Shown here piece by piece: positions 17,971 through 27,879 of a stretch of DNA of 64,000 nt. Numbering within the stretch: the first letter of the stretch is position 1; each line of letters starts with the position of its first letter. Under the pieces are notes generated by a model. The model had not been told where the DNA came from. It did no database searches and saw only the letters and a program-made list of their open reading frames with translations. Location: positions 35,627 through 99,626 of the forward strand of contig JAWLBL010000015.1 of assembly GCA_041687695.1 (NCBI GenBank), in the 5' to 3' direction. Origin of the DNA: Myxococcota bacterium (lineage in GTDB: Bacteria; Myxococcota_A; UBA9042; PHBI01; JAWLBL01). The position numbers and the translations under genes are program-made.

Positions 17971-20469
17971 TCAAGCGTCGACGGGGACGGCCTCAGGCGC
18001 CGCGGCGGCCGGCTCGGGCGACAGGACCTGGGCGCTGGCGCGCGCGAGGTCGGCGGCGACGCGCGGCGCGGGGCGCGCCAGGGCCTGGGTCAGCAGCCCC
18101 AAGCGCCGCGCGAGGCTGTCGTGGTCGGCGGGGGCCCCGAGCAGCAGCAGGGGCCGGCCGAGGTAGCGGCGATCGCTGCACAGGAGCTCGAGCAGCCGCA
18201 GCGAGTCGTCCAGGCGCAGGGCCGCGTGCACGACGAAGCCGTCGTAGGTGCTCGTGCGCAGCAGATCGAGGGCGCGCTGGCCGCTGGAGGCGACGCGGAC
18301 CTCGTGACCGAAGGACTGCAAGCGCTCGAACAGGGGCATCGTCTCGTCCTCGTCGGGCGCGACGACCAGGACGCGGTGACGGCCGTCGCCCAGCAGGCGC
18401 CGCACGCGGTCGGTGACCCGCAGCGGGTCGAGGGGCAGGGGACCCAGGGCCAGGCGGCCGAGGAGCGCGGCGCGGTCCTCGCCGGCGGCGGCGACGACCA
18501 TCAGCGGGACCTCGCGCGGGGCGCGGGCGAGGGCGTCGAGCAGCTGCAGCGGGCGCGGGGCGGCGGGGTCGAAGGTGGCGACGACCAGGTCCGGCGCGGC
18601 GGCCGGGTCGCGGAGGGCGGCCGAGGGGTCGGCGGTGGCCGCGACCTCGGCGCCGAGCTGGGCCAGGGCGTCGGTCCAGGGGGCGCCGCCCGCGGCGTCG
18701 ACGACCAGGACGCGGCGGTCGGCCAGCGGGGGGACGTCGGGCGCGGGGGTGGCGCGGGGGTCGCGGTCGTCGCGCGAGGGGCCGCGGGAGAGCGGGGCGT
18801 CGAGGTGCAGGAGGTAGCTGGCGCCGCGGCCGGGCTCGCTGACCGCCTCGAGGCGCGCGCCCATCAGCTCGGCGAGGGCGCGGCACATGGCCAGGCCCAG
18901 ATCGTCGGGGGCGGCGCCGGTTGCGAGGTCGCCGGCCGGGGCCAGCAGGCGCTCGAGGGCCTCGGGGGTGGTGGTCGTGTCGGCGTCGTGGACGCTCAGG
19001 CGCACCGGGCGCGAGGTCTCGGGGTCGACGACCAGCTCGACGGCGACCTCGCCCTGGCGGGTGGCGCGCAGGGCGTGGCCGACGAGGTGCTTGACCAGCT
19101 GCTTGAGGCGGGCCGAGTCGGCGTCGACCGGGGCGACCATCGGCGGGACGTGGACGTGCAGGGTCACGTCGCGGCCGCGCAGGTGGCGGCGGTGCTCGTC
19201 GATGGTCTCGCGGACCAGGCGGTCGACGAAGGTGGTGCCCAGGGCCAGCTGGATGCGGCCCGACTCGAGCTGCGAGAGCATCAGGACGTCGCCGACCTGG
19301 CGCAGCAGGGCCTCGTGGGTCTCGCCGAGGCGGCGCAGGAAGGTGAGGTCCTCGTCGCGGAGGTTGCCGGCGCGGTTGACCTGCAGGGTCTGGACGATGC
19401 CGCTGGCGGCCTGGATGGGCGGGCGCAGGGCGCGGCTGACGAAGGCGAGGAAGCGGCTCTGGGCGGCGGTGGCGGCCTCGGCCTCGAGGCGGGCGCGGGC
19501 CTGGGCCGCCTGGGCCTCGTGGAGCGGCGTGGCGTCGCGGAGCTCGAGGACGCGGACGGCGCCGGCGCCGGGGACGCGCTGGTCGCCGACGAGCTCGAGC
19601 GGGACGGTGGTGCCGTCGGCGCGGCGGCCGGTGAGGGTGGCGCCGACGAGGGTGTCGTCGTCGGGGTGGTCGAGGTGGGCCGAGAGGGCGGGGCGGTCGG
19701 CGTCGGTGACGAGGGCGGGGACGGACAGGGCGCGGGCCTCGGCGAGCGGGTGGCCGAAGAGGCGCTCGAAGCTGCGGTTGACGTCGAGGATGCGGGCGCC
19801 GTCGTGGACGCACAGGCCGACGGAGACGCCGTCGAAGAGGTTGCGGTAGCGGCGCTCGCCGTCGGCGAGGAGGTCGTTCTGGGCCTGGATGCGGCGGCGG
19901 TCCTCGCCGGTGAGGGCGGCGGCGACGAGGACGAGGGCGGACAGGGAGGTGATGAGGCCGAGGGGGTCGCTCAGGGCCTCGAAGGTGAGGCGCGGGACGA
20001 GGGCGGGGAGGGAGGCGAGGGCGGCGAGGGTGACGGCGACGAAGATGACGGTGCCGCGGACCGACAGGAGGAGGCTCGCGAGGAGGATGGGGAGCAGGGT
20101 CCAGGCGAGGCTGGTGGCGATGGTGTCCGGGTTGGTGAAGGCGCGGGCGACCAGGCTGGCGAAGGGCAGGGCGGTCATCGTGACGAGGGCGATGACGGCG
20201 GCGAGGTTGAAGTGGCGGGTGTCGGTGAGGCGCCAGGCGGTGAAGAGGAGGACGACGCCGAGCAGGCCGCCGGTGACGAGGAGGGTGGCCTCTTCGCCGT
20301 CGGGCATGGCCAGGCGGGCGAGGGCGACGGCGATGAGGGTCGACGGCATCAGGACGACGAGCACGGCCGAGAGCAGGCGGGCGCGGCGGCGCAGCTCGGG
20401 GTCCTGGGCCTTGTCCGCCGAGCGGGTGAGCAGGCGGCGCAGGTTGGAGGTCGGGCGCGTCTTGGTCAT
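17971..20469 (-). CDS. Membrane PAS hybrid histidine-kinase-like protein, catalytically degenerate
   Basis: Several TM segments, PAS (RYRNLFD...VNRSFERLFG), HisKA-like FLAFVSRALRPPI, HATPase-like LGLAMCRALAELMG, two receiver-like domains. Confidence 0.8.
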   Translation of the reverse strand: MTKTRPTSNLRRLLTRSADKAQDPELRRRARLLSAVLVVLMPSTLIAVALARLAMPDGEEATLLVTGGLLGVVLLFTAWRLTDTRHFNLAAVIALVTMTALPFASLVARAFTNPDTIATSLAWTLLPILLASLLLSVRGTVIFVAVTLAALASLPALVPRLTFEALSDPLGLITSLSALVLVAAALTGEDRRRIQAQNDLLADGERRYRNLFDGVSVGLCVHDGARILDVNRSFERLFGHPLAEARALSVPALVTDADRPALSAHLDHPDDDTLVGATLTGRRADGTTVPLELVGDQRVPGAGAVRVLELRDATPLHEAQAAQARARLEAEAATAAQSRFLAFVSRALRPPIQAASGIVQTLQVNRAGNLRDEDLTFLRRLGETHEALLRQVGDVLMLSQLESGRIQLALGTTFVDRLVRETIDEHRRHLRGRDVTLHVHVPPMVAPVDADSARLKQLVKHLVGHALRATRQGEVAVELVVDPETSRPVRLSVHDADTTTTPEALERLLAPAGDLATGAAPDDLGLAMCRALAELMGARLEAVSEPGRGASYLLHLDAPLSRGPSRDDRDPRATPAPDVPPLADRRVLVVDAAGGAPWTDALAQLGAEVAATADPSAALRDPAAAPDLVVATFDPAAPRPLQLLDALARAPREVPLMVVAAAGEDRAALLGRLALGPLPLDPLRVTDRVRRLLGDGRHRVLVVAPDEDETMPLFERLQSFGHEVRVASSGQRALDLLRTSTYDGFVVHAALRLDDSLRLLELLCSDRRYLGRPLLLLGAPADHDSLARRLGLLTQALARPAPRVAADLARASAQVLSPEPAAAAPEAVPVDA

Positions 20470-20572
20470 GGCGGGCGAGCTCGGCTGGAGGCGGTGGCGG
20501 CCAGCATAGCGCGTCCGGGGGGGCAGCGAAGTTTTTCGCAGTCCCGGCGGTTTCAGGCTGGCGGGGCGCCGG

Positions 20573-21082
20573 TCAGTCGAGGGCGGCGAGGAGGGCGTCG
20601 AACCAGTCGTCGAGGTCGATGGCCTGGGCGGCGACGCGGCGTTCGCCGTGGACGTAGACGAAGACCTCGCCCAACGACGAGAAGCTGAAGGGGGGCGCGT
20701 CGTCGTCGGCCTCGACCGCCGGGTCCAGGTTGAGGCCCGCCAGGTTACCGGCGCTGTCGGAGGCGAAGACGACCCAGCGGTCGTTCCACGGCACCTTGAC
20801 CTGGCCCGCGTGCAGCACGGGGCGGCCGGCGTGCGAGCGGGTGGTCCGCACCATCTCGCGCAGCGACAGGACGCGCCAGCCGCCGATGGTCCCGCGCACC
20901 GGGCCGCCGTCGCGCTCGGTCCACAGCCGGGCCAGCGGCTCGGGGAACGCGACGTCGAGCGTCGCCTCGGCCTCTCTCAACGCCTCGGGGGTCGCGCCCG
21001 GACGCAGGGTAGAGGCCATCGAGGCCCCCTGCGTGTCCAGCCAGCGCTCGATCCGCCGCCACACCGTGCCCATCGAAGACAC
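20573..21082 (-). CDS. SMI1/KNR4 (SUKH) family protein
   Basis: WRRIERWL, LRPGATPEALREAEATL.VAFP, DGG, WVVFASDSAGN..LNLDP. Confidence 0.85.
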   Translation of the reverse strand: MSSMGTVWRRIERWLDTQGASMASTLRPGATPEALREAEATLDVAFPEPLARLWTERDGGPVRGTIGGWRVLSLREMVRTTRSHAGRPVLHAGQVKVPWNDRWVVFASDSAGNLAGLNLDPAVEADDDAPPFSFSSLGEVFVYVHGERRVAAQAIDLDDWFDALLAALD

Positions 21083-21148
21083 CGCCCGCGACTCGAAGTC
21101 CTTACAGCGGCGGCACCATACACCCGCCGCGAGCCGGCGGGAAGGGGC

Positions 21149-22078
21149 TCAGCGAGGGCCCTCGCGCAGGGCCGAGAGCGTGGCCTGGAAGTCGTCGGGG
21201 AGCGGCGCCTCGAGGGTGACGCGGCGGGCGCGGGCCGGGTGGTCGAAGACCAGCGAGGCGGCGTGCAACATCAGGCGCGGGGCGGGCAGCAGGGGCTGAC
21301 CGGCGCGCAGGCGGTCGCGGGTGTAGACGCGGTCGCCGACCAGCGGGTGGCCGGCCTCGGACAGGTGCACGCGGATCTGGTGGGTGCGCCCGGTCTCGAG
21401 GCGCACCTCGCACAGGGTCGCCCCGTCCGGGCCGGCCTGGGGCAGCGCCTCGAGCGGCGTCACGTGAGTCACCGCGCGCTTGCCGTCGGGCGCGCCCGGC
21501 CGCGATCCCCGCAGGCCGTCGCCGCGGTCGGCCACCAGCAGGCTCTCGATGCGCCCGCCCGCGACGGCGCCGTGGGCCAGGCACACGTAGCGCCGCCCGA
21601 TGGTGTGCGCCCGCAGCTGCCCCGCCAGCGCCCGCTCGGCCTCACGCGTCCGCGCGAACATCAGCAGCCCCGACGTCTCCTTGTCGATGCGGTGCACCAC
21701 GTGCAGCGGCCCGCCCGCCCTCCGCCCGCGCGCCAGGTGCTCGCGGACCCGATCCAGCGCGGTCCCCCGCTCGCCCGGCTCGTACGGCACGCTCGACACC
21801 CCGGCCGGCTTGTCGACCACCACCACCTGCGAGTCCTCGAACACCACCCGCACCCGCGGCGCCGGCCCCGGCCCCCCGCGCGCCGCCGCCTCGCCCACCT
21901 CGACCCGCGCCCCCGCCGCCAGCCGCCGCGTGATCCCGGCCTCGACCACCCCGTCGACCCGCACGCGCCCGCCCGCCACCAGCCGCTTGAGCGCGTTGTA
22001 CGACGCCTCGGGCAGCCACCCGCGCAGCAGCGCCCCCAGCGCCTGCCCGTCCTGCTCCGGCCCGACCGTCCAGCTCAT
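21149..22078 (-). CDS. RluA/RluD-family pseudouridine synthase
   Basis: VVDKPAG, VHRIDKETSGL, LETGRTHQIRVH, GHPLVGD..Y, LMLHA; true start MSWTV at 22078 overlapping the upstream stop. Confidence 0.93.
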   Translation of the reverse strand: MSWTVGPEQDGQALGALLRGWLPEASYNALKRLVAGGRVRVDGVVEAGITRRLAAGARVEVGEAAARGGPGPAPRVRVVFEDSQVVVVDKPAGVSSVPYEPGERGTALDRVREHLARGRRAGGPLHVVHRIDKETSGLLMFARTREAERALAGQLRAHTIGRRYVCLAHGAVAGGRIESLLVADRGDGLRGSRPGAPDGKRAVTHVTPLEALPQAGPDGATLCEVRLETGRTHQIRVHLSEAGHPLVGDRVYTRDRLRAGQPLLPAPRLMLHAASLVFDHPARARRVTLEAPLPDDFQATLSALREGPR

Positions 22079-22821
22079 GGCGCCAGCGCCTCCGCCGGCC
22101 CCATCGACCGCGTCGCCAGCGCCCACTCGTCCTCGGTCAGCGCCCGCGCCTGCCCCGGCGCGAGCCCCGCGTCCAGCCACAGCGCCCCGATCCGCTCGCG
22201 ATGCAGCCCCACCCCCCGCGCCCCGCACGCCCGCAGCATCCGCTTGACCTGGTGCCGCTTGCCCTCGCACACCGCCACCCGCCCGACCCCCTCGCCCAGC
22301 ACCTCGAGCGCCGCCGGCCGACACACCACCGCCCGCCCCGTCTCCCCGTCCAGCGCCAGCCCCCGCGCGAACCGCTCCGCCGCGTCCGCCGCCAGCGCCC
22401 CCGACCACACCGCCCGGTACACCTTCGGGATGGCCCGCTCCGGATGGATCAGCGCCCGCACCCGCCCCGCCTCGTTGGTCAGCAGCAGCAGCCCCGTCGT
22501 GTCCTTGTCCAGCCGCCCGATGGTCGTCAACCCCAGCGCCCGCCACTCGTCCCGCAGCAGCTCCATCACCGTCGGCTCCGCCGCGTCCGATCGCGCGCTG
22601 ACCACCCCGGCCGGCTTGTTCATCATCAACGTCACCGCCGCGATCGCCCGCGCCGTCACCGGCCCCCCGTCCAGCGTGACCTCGTCCCGCTCGACCCGCA
22701 GCCCATGCGCCGGCTGCGTCGCCACGAACCCGTTGACGGTCACCCGCCCGGCCCGCACCGCCGCCGCCGCCACCTTCCGCGCCAGCCCCAGCTGCTGCGC
22801 CAGATGTCGATCCAATCGCAT
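22075..22821 (-). CDS. RsuA-family pseudouridine synthase
   Basis: MRLDRHL S4 domain, MNKPAG, GRLDKDTTGLLLLTN, EGKRHQVKRM, LHRERIG. Confidence 0.93.
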   Translation of the reverse strand: MRLDRHLAQQLGLARKVAAAAVRAGRVTVNGFVATQPAHGLRVERDEVTLDGGPVTARAIAAVTLMMNKPAGVVSARSDAAEPTVMELLRDEWRALGLTTIGRLDKDTTGLLLLTNEAGRVRALIHPERAIPKVYRAVWSGALAADAAERFARGLALDGETGRAVVCRPAALEVLGEGVGRVAVCEGKRHQVKRMLRACGARGVGLHRERIGALWLDAGLAPGQARALTEDEWALATRSMGPAEALAP

Positions 22822-22921
22822 CGCGTGACTCCGGTGAGCCGGGGAGCCTGGGCGTTGGACCTACTCCGATCCAGGCGATTCGGGTACCCTCACGCCAACT
22901 CCCCAGCTCGGACGAGGCGGA

Positions 22922-24385
22922 ATGCTTACACGTCTGGAGGTCGATGGTTTCAAAAACCTCCTCGACCTGACGATCACCTTCGGCCCCTACACCTGCATCG
23001 CTGGCCCCAACGGAGTCGGCAAGTCCAACATCTTCGACGCCATCCGCTTCCTCTCGCTGCTGGCCGATCACACGCTGGTCGAGGCGGCTCTCGGGGTCCG
23101 CGCATCCGAAGCGCACGCAGCGGACCCGCGCCATCTGTTCTGGACCGATGGTCACGAGCGGGCCGATCGGATGCGCTTGGCGGCAGAGATGATCGTCCCG
23201 CGCGAGGTCCGAGACGACTTCAACCGAAAGGCGGACACGACCTCGACCTTCCTGCGTTACGAACTCGAGCTTGGATACGAAGAACCGTCTGGAGGCGCGA
23301 GCCTGGGCCGTCTGGTCCTGCTTCGTGAAGCGCTCCGGCCCATCACGGCCGGCGATGCGCCCCAACACCTCCCGTTTCCACACAGTGCGAGCGCGTTCCG
23401 CAACAGGATCGTCGACAACAAACGACGCGCCAAGAGCGGCTTCATCTCGACCGAGCCGGCGCCTGACGGGCGGATGCAGATTCTGGTCCACCAAGACCAA
23501 GGGACAGGCGGCCGTCCTGCGCCCGCGCCCGCCGACTCGGCTCCGCGGACCATCGTGGGGACGACGACTACCTCGCAAACGCCGACCATCCTCGCGGCTC
23601 GCCGCGAGATGCAGAGCTGGCGCCTGCTGGCGCTCGAACCGTCGGCGATGCGGCGTCCTGACCGCTTCATGGACGACCCTCACATCACGCCCAACGGTGG
23701 GCACCTGCCTGCGACTCTGTACAGGCTCGCCAGCCAGGAGGGGGCAGAGACCGGCGCTCCACCCGCGGTCTATGCCCGCGTGGCGGCACGACTGTCGGAC
23801 CTCATGCCCGTAGAGGAGGTCCGTGTGGACCGGGACGAGGCACGCGAGCGACTCACGCTCGAAGCCCGCGAGTCGGGCCGGTCCTTCCTCCCCGCCTTGG
23901 CGCTGTCGGATGGGACACTCCGGTTCCTGACGCTTTGCATCTTGGAGCAGGACCCCGAGGTCCAGGGCGTGATCTGCATGGAGGAGCCGGAGAACGGGAT
24001 CCACCCCGTCAGGATGAAACCGATGGTGCAGCTGTTGCGCGACCTGGCGGTGGATCCTCATGAACCGCCCGGAGCCGACAACCCGCTGCGCCAGGTCATC
24101 GTCAACACGCATTCGCCGCTGTTCGTCCAGTTGCAGGACCCCTCCGACCTGCTGTACGCGGAGCAGACCCGAGTGAAGCTGCCTTCGGGGCGCGCTACGA
24201 CGACCCTGCGGTGTCGTCCCCTCCTCGAAGGTGCCGAACGCCCCAATTGGAGGCTCACGGGCGGCGGCATCGGCGTGGGCAAGGCGACGATCATCGCGTA
24301 CCTGACGCAACCGAGAGGAGCTCAGATCGCGCTCGATGACGCGGTCGAACTCGAAAAAGGGGCGCGCCGCGGAGTGATCGGGTGA
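22922..24385 (+). CDS. ABC-type ATPase (AAA_21/AbiEii-like)
   Basis: GPNGVGKSN, signature LSDGTLRFL, Walker B/D-loop MEEPENGIHP, H-loop VNTHSP; lower GC than flanks. Confidence 0.9.
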   Translation: MLTRLEVDGFKNLLDLTITFGPYTCIAGPNGVGKSNIFDAIRFLSLLADHTLVEAALGVRASEAHAADPRHLFWTDGHERADRMRLAAEMIVPREVRDDFNRKADTTSTFLRYELELGYEEPSGGASLGRLVLLREALRPITAGDAPQHLPFPHSASAFRNRIVDNKRRAKSGFISTEPAPDGRMQILVHQDQGTGGRPAPAPADSAPRTIVGTTTTSQTPTILAARREMQSWRLLALEPSAMRRPDRFMDDPHITPNGGHLPATLYRLASQEGAETGAPPAVYARVAARLSDLMPVEEVRVDRDEARERLTLEARESGRSFLPALALSDGTLRFLTLCILEQDPEVQGVICMEEPENGIHPVRMKPMVQLLRDLAVDPHEPPGADNPLRQVIVNTHSPLFVQLQDPSDLLYAEQTRVKLPSGRATTTLRCRPLLEGAERPNWRLTGGGIGVGKATIIAYLTQPRGAQIALDDAVELEKGARRGVIG

Positions 24386-25029
24386 GGGTGAGGTTCGTCT
24401 TCATCGGCGAAGGGAGCTCCGACAGCGGCCTGCTGCCGAAGCTCGAAGAGCTTTGCCTTCGCCATGGCGCGACCGAGGTGGCCGGCGTCTGGCCAGAGCT
24501 GGGCTCTGCGCCCATGCCACCTGGACGAGACCTGGAGTCGCAAGTCAGGGCGGCCTTGGAGCGTGAGCCCGGAGTGGATCTAGTGTTCATCCACCGTGAC
24601 GCCGACGCCCCCGATCCCGAGCCACGGCGCAAGCAACTCGAGGTCACCTTGAGTTCGCTGCGGATGGAGCAGCCCCACGTGCTGGTGGTCCCGGTGCAGG
24701 AGCTCGAAGCCTGGTTGCTTCTGGACGAGGTCGCGATCCGTCGGGTAGCCGGGAACCCCGGAGGGCGTGTCCCGCTGAGTCTACCCCCACTGAGGCTCGT
24801 CGAGCGGACCTCTGACCCAAAGAAGATCCTGGCCGACGCGCTCCTCGCCGCGAGCGAGGCGACCGGTCGCGCTCGCAAGAAGCAGCAACGCCGATTCCCG
24901 GAGCTGCGGGCTCAGCTGCTGACCCGGCTGGATCTCGACGGACCCGTTCGCGAGCTCGCCGCATGGCGCCGCCTCGAGGCGGAGCTGAAGGCGGCTCTCG
25001 AGATGGTCGCGCAGCGCGTCGGCGGCTGA
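24382..25029 (+). CDS. TOPRIM-like protein (DUF4276-like)
   Basis: GTGA coupling to ATPase; FIGEGSSD, FIHRDAD, VPVQELEAWLL, DPKKIL. Confidence 0.8.
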   Translation: MRVRFVFIGEGSSDSGLLPKLEELCLRHGATEVAGVWPELGSAPMPPGRDLESQVRAALEREPGVDLVFIHRDADAPDPEPRRKQLEVTLSSLRMEQPHVLVVPVQELEAWLLLDEVAIRRVAGNPGGRVPLSLPPLRLVERTSDPKKILADALLAASEATGRARKKQQRRFPELRAQLLTRLDLDGPVRELAAWRRLEAELKAALEMVAQRVGG

Positions 25030-25113
25030 GCGCGCCCCGCCCCACGGTCGTCCTTGCCCCGGGGCGCCGCCCCGCCCACAATGCGCGCCCGACCGCCGGC
25101 CCGGAGCGCGCCC

Positions 25114-26064
25114 ATGACCTCGACCGCCCGCCACGACTGGACCCTCGACGAGATCCTCGCCGTCTACGAGCGGCCCCTGCTCGAGCTGGTCTTCGACGCC
25201 CAGGCCGTCCACCGCCAGCACCACGACCCGCGCGCCATCCAGCGCTGCACGCTGCTGTCGGTCAAGACCGGCGGCTGCCCCGAGGACTGCGGCTACTGCC
25301 CCCAGAGCGCCCGCTACGACACCGGCGTCGCCAAAGAGCGCCTGATGCCGGTCGACGACGTCCTGTCCGCCGCCCGCCGCGCCCGCGACGCCGGCGCCAG
25401 CCGCTTCTGCATGGGCGCCGCCTGGCGCAGCGCCAAGGACGGCCAGCCCTTCGACGACGTCCTCGCCATGGTCCGCGGCGTCTCCGAGCTGGGCCTCGAG
25501 GCCTGCGCCACCCTCGGCATGCTCACCCAGCCCCAGGCCGACGCCCTCGCCGCCGCCGGCCTCACCGCCTACAACCACAACCTCGACACCTCCCCCGACC
25601 GCTACGGCGACGTCATCTCGACCCGCACCTACCAGGACCGCCTCGACACCATCGCTCGCGTCCAGCGCGCCGGCATCAGCGTCTGCTGCGGCGGCATCGT
25701 CGGCCTCGGCGAGTCCCGCCGCGACCGCTGCGCCCTCCTCGGCACCCTCGCCGCCCTCGACCCGCACCCCGAGAGCGTCCCCGTCAACATGCTCGTCCGC
25801 GTCCCCGGCACGCCGCTGGCCGACCAGCCCGACGTCGACCCCTTCGAACTCGTCCGCACCGTCGCCACCGCCCGCATCCTGATGCCCCGCGCCCGCGTCC
25901 GCCTCTCCGCCGGCCGCACCAGCCTCACCCGCGAGGCCCAGGCCCTGTGCTTCCTCGCCGGCGCCAACTCCATCTTCTTCGGCGAGCGCCTCCTCACCAC
26001 CCCCAACCCCGAGCTCGACGCCGACGAGGCCCTCCTCGCCGACCTGGGCCTCGTCACCGCCTGA
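25114..26064 (+). CDS. bioB: Biotin synthase
   Basis: [51 protein letters not shown]. Confidence 0.97.
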   Translation: MTSTARHDWTLDEILAVYERPLLELVFDAQAVHRQHHDPRAIQRCTLLSVKTGGCPEDCGYCPQSARYDTGVAKERLMPVDDVLSAARRARDAGASRFCMGAAWRSAKDGQPFDDVLAMVRGVSELGLEACATLGMLTQPQADALAAAGLTAYNHNLDTSPDRYGDVISTRTYQDRLDTIARVQRAGISVCCGGIVGLGESRRDRCALLGTLAALDPHPESVPVNMLVRVPGTPLADQPDVDPFELVRTVATARILMPRARVRLSAGRTSLTREAQALCFLAGANSIFFGERLLTTPNPELDADEALLADLGLVTA

Positions 26065-26065
26065 C

Positions 26066-27214
26066 GTGGCCTCCCCCCTCGACGCCTTCCGCGCACACCT
26101 CGCCCGCGCCCTGGCCGATCGCGACGCCGCCGGCCTCCTGCGCCGCCTCGCCCTGCCCGACGGCCTCGACCTCACCTCCAACGACTACCTCGGCTACGCC
26201 TCCGACCCCGCCCTCGCCGCCGCCCTGGCCGACGCCGTCCGCACCCACGGCGCTGGCGCCGGCGCCGCCCGCCTCCTCCGCGGCCACCACCCGGTCCACG
26301 CCGCCGCCGAGGCCCGCCTCGCCGCCTTCTCCGGCCGCGAGGCCGCCCTCCTGTTCGCCTCCGGCTTCGCCGCCAACCTCGGCCTCCTGCCCGCCCTCGC
26401 CGGCCCCGGCGACCTCGTCCTGTCCGACGCCCTCAACCACGCCAGCCTCATCGACGGCATTCGCCTGTCCCGCGCCGACCGCGTGGTCTACCCCCACCAC
26501 GACCTCGACGCCGTCGAGGCCGCCCTGCGCCGCCCCCGCCCCGGCCGCGCCTTCGTCGTCACCGAGTCCGTCTTCTCGATGGACGGCGATCTCACCGATC
26601 TGACCGCCCTGTGCGACCTGGCCGACCGCCACGACGCCCTGGTCGTGGTCGACGAGGCCCACGCCACCGGCCTGTACGGCCCCCGCGGCTCCGGCCGCGT
26701 CGAGGCCCTGGATCTGTCCCACCGCGTCCTGGCCACCGTCCACACCGGCGGCAAGGCCCTCGGCGTCGGCGGCGCCTGGGTCGCCGGCGACGCCCTGCTC
26801 GTCGCCCACCTCGTCAACCACGCCCGCGCCTTCGTGTTCTCGACCGGCGTCGTCCCGGCCATCGCCGCCGGCCTGACCCTGGCCGTCGACCGCCTGGCCG
26901 CCGACGCCCCCGCCGTCGCCGCCCTCCACGCCCGCGCCGCCCACCTCCGCGCCCGCCTCCGCCAGGCCGGCCTCGATCTGGCCCGCTCCGAGTCCCTCAT
27001 CCTGCCGATCGTCCTCGGCGACAACGCGCGCGCCCTCTCGGTCGCCGCCGCCCTGCGCCGCGACGGCTTCGACGTCCGCGCCGTCCGCCCCCCGACCGTC
27101 CCCGCCGGCTCCGCCCGCCTGCGCGTCACCGTGCGCGCCCCCGTCCCCCAGGCCGCGCTCGACCGCTTCGCCGACCGCCTGCTCCACCACGTCCAGGACT
27201 CCACCCACCCATGA
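26066..27214 (+). CDS. bioF: 8-amino-7-oxononanoate synthase
   Basis: SNDYLG, SDALNHASLIDG, ESVFSMDGD, VDEAHA, GKALG, RPPTVP. Confidence 0.95.
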   Translation: MASPLDAFRAHLARALADRDAAGLLRRLALPDGLDLTSNDYLGYASDPALAAALADAVRTHGAGAGAARLLRGHHPVHAAAEARLAAFSGREAALLFASGFAANLGLLPALAGPGDLVLSDALNHASLIDGIRLSRADRVVYPHHDLDAVEAALRRPRPGRAFVVTESVFSMDGDLTDLTALCDLADRHDALVVVDEAHATGLYGPRGSGRVEALDLSHRVLATVHTGGKALGVGGAWVAGDALLVAHLVNHARAFVFSTGVVPAIAAGLTLAVDRLAADAPAVAALHARAAHLRARLRQAGLDLARSESLILPIVLGDNARALSVAAALRRDGFDVRAVRPPTVPAGSARLRVTVRAPVPQAALDRFADRLLHHVQDSTHP

Positions 27215-27879
27215 TGATGAAGGGCCTCTTCGTCGTCGGCACCGACACCGGCGTCGGCAAGACCGTCCTGTCGGCCGCCCTCATGGCCGCCGCAGGCCCC
27301 CAGACCACCTACTGGAAGCCGGTCCAGACCGGCCTCGCCACCGAACCCGGCGACACCCCGACCGTCGCTACCCTGTCCCAGCTGCCGCCAGAACGCCTGC
27401 TCGACGCCGGCCCGCGCCTGATGCTGCCCGCCTCGCCCCACCACGCCGCGGTCGCCGATCACACCTCGATCGACCTCGACACCCTGGCCGCCACCGGCCG
27501 CGCCCACGACGCCCCCGACCGCCGCTGGGTGGTCGAGGGCGCCGGCGGCCTGCTGGTCCCGCTGTCCGACACCCAGCTGCTGACCGATCTGGTCGCCGCC
27601 CTGGCGCTGCCGGTCCTGGTGGCCGCCTCGACCCGCCTCGGCACCATCAACCACACCCTGCTGACGCTGCGCCACCTGGCCACCCTGGCCCTGCCCACCC
27701 TGGGCGTCGTCCTCGTCGGCCCCCCCGACTCGTCCGCCGACTCCGCCCTGGCCGCCCACGCCCCCGGCGCCGTCCTCGGCCACCTGCCCCACCTCGACCC
27801 GCTCACCCCCGACGCCGTCCGCGCCGCCGGCCAGACCCTGCTCGCCGCCGCGCCCGCCCTCCGCCAGGCCCTGTCGTGA
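27211..27879 (+). CDS. bioD: Dethiobiotin synthase
   Basis: GTDTGVGKT, WKPVQTG, VEGAGGLLVPL, LGTINHTLLT. Confidence 0.95.
   Translation: MMMKGLFVVGTDTGVGKTVLSAALMAAAGPQTTYWKPVQTGLATEPGDTPTVATLSQLPPERLLDAGPRLMLPASPHHAAVADHTSIDLDTLAATGRAHDAPDRRWVVEGAGGLLVPLSDTQLLTDLVAALALPVLVAASTRLGTINHTLLTLRHLATLALPTLGVVLVGPPDSSADSALAAHAPGAVLGHLPHLDPLTPDAVRAAGQTLLAAAPALRQALS

Noticed and set aside
20573..21082. Toxin-immunity pair around the SMI1/KNR4 gene
   Set aside because: No adjacent toxin ORF; orphan SUKH genes are common
21149..24310. 1053-aa pseudouridine synthase fusion
   Set aside because: Only the last 309 aa carry RluA motifs; the rest overlaps the RsuA-like gene and the antisense of the ATPase
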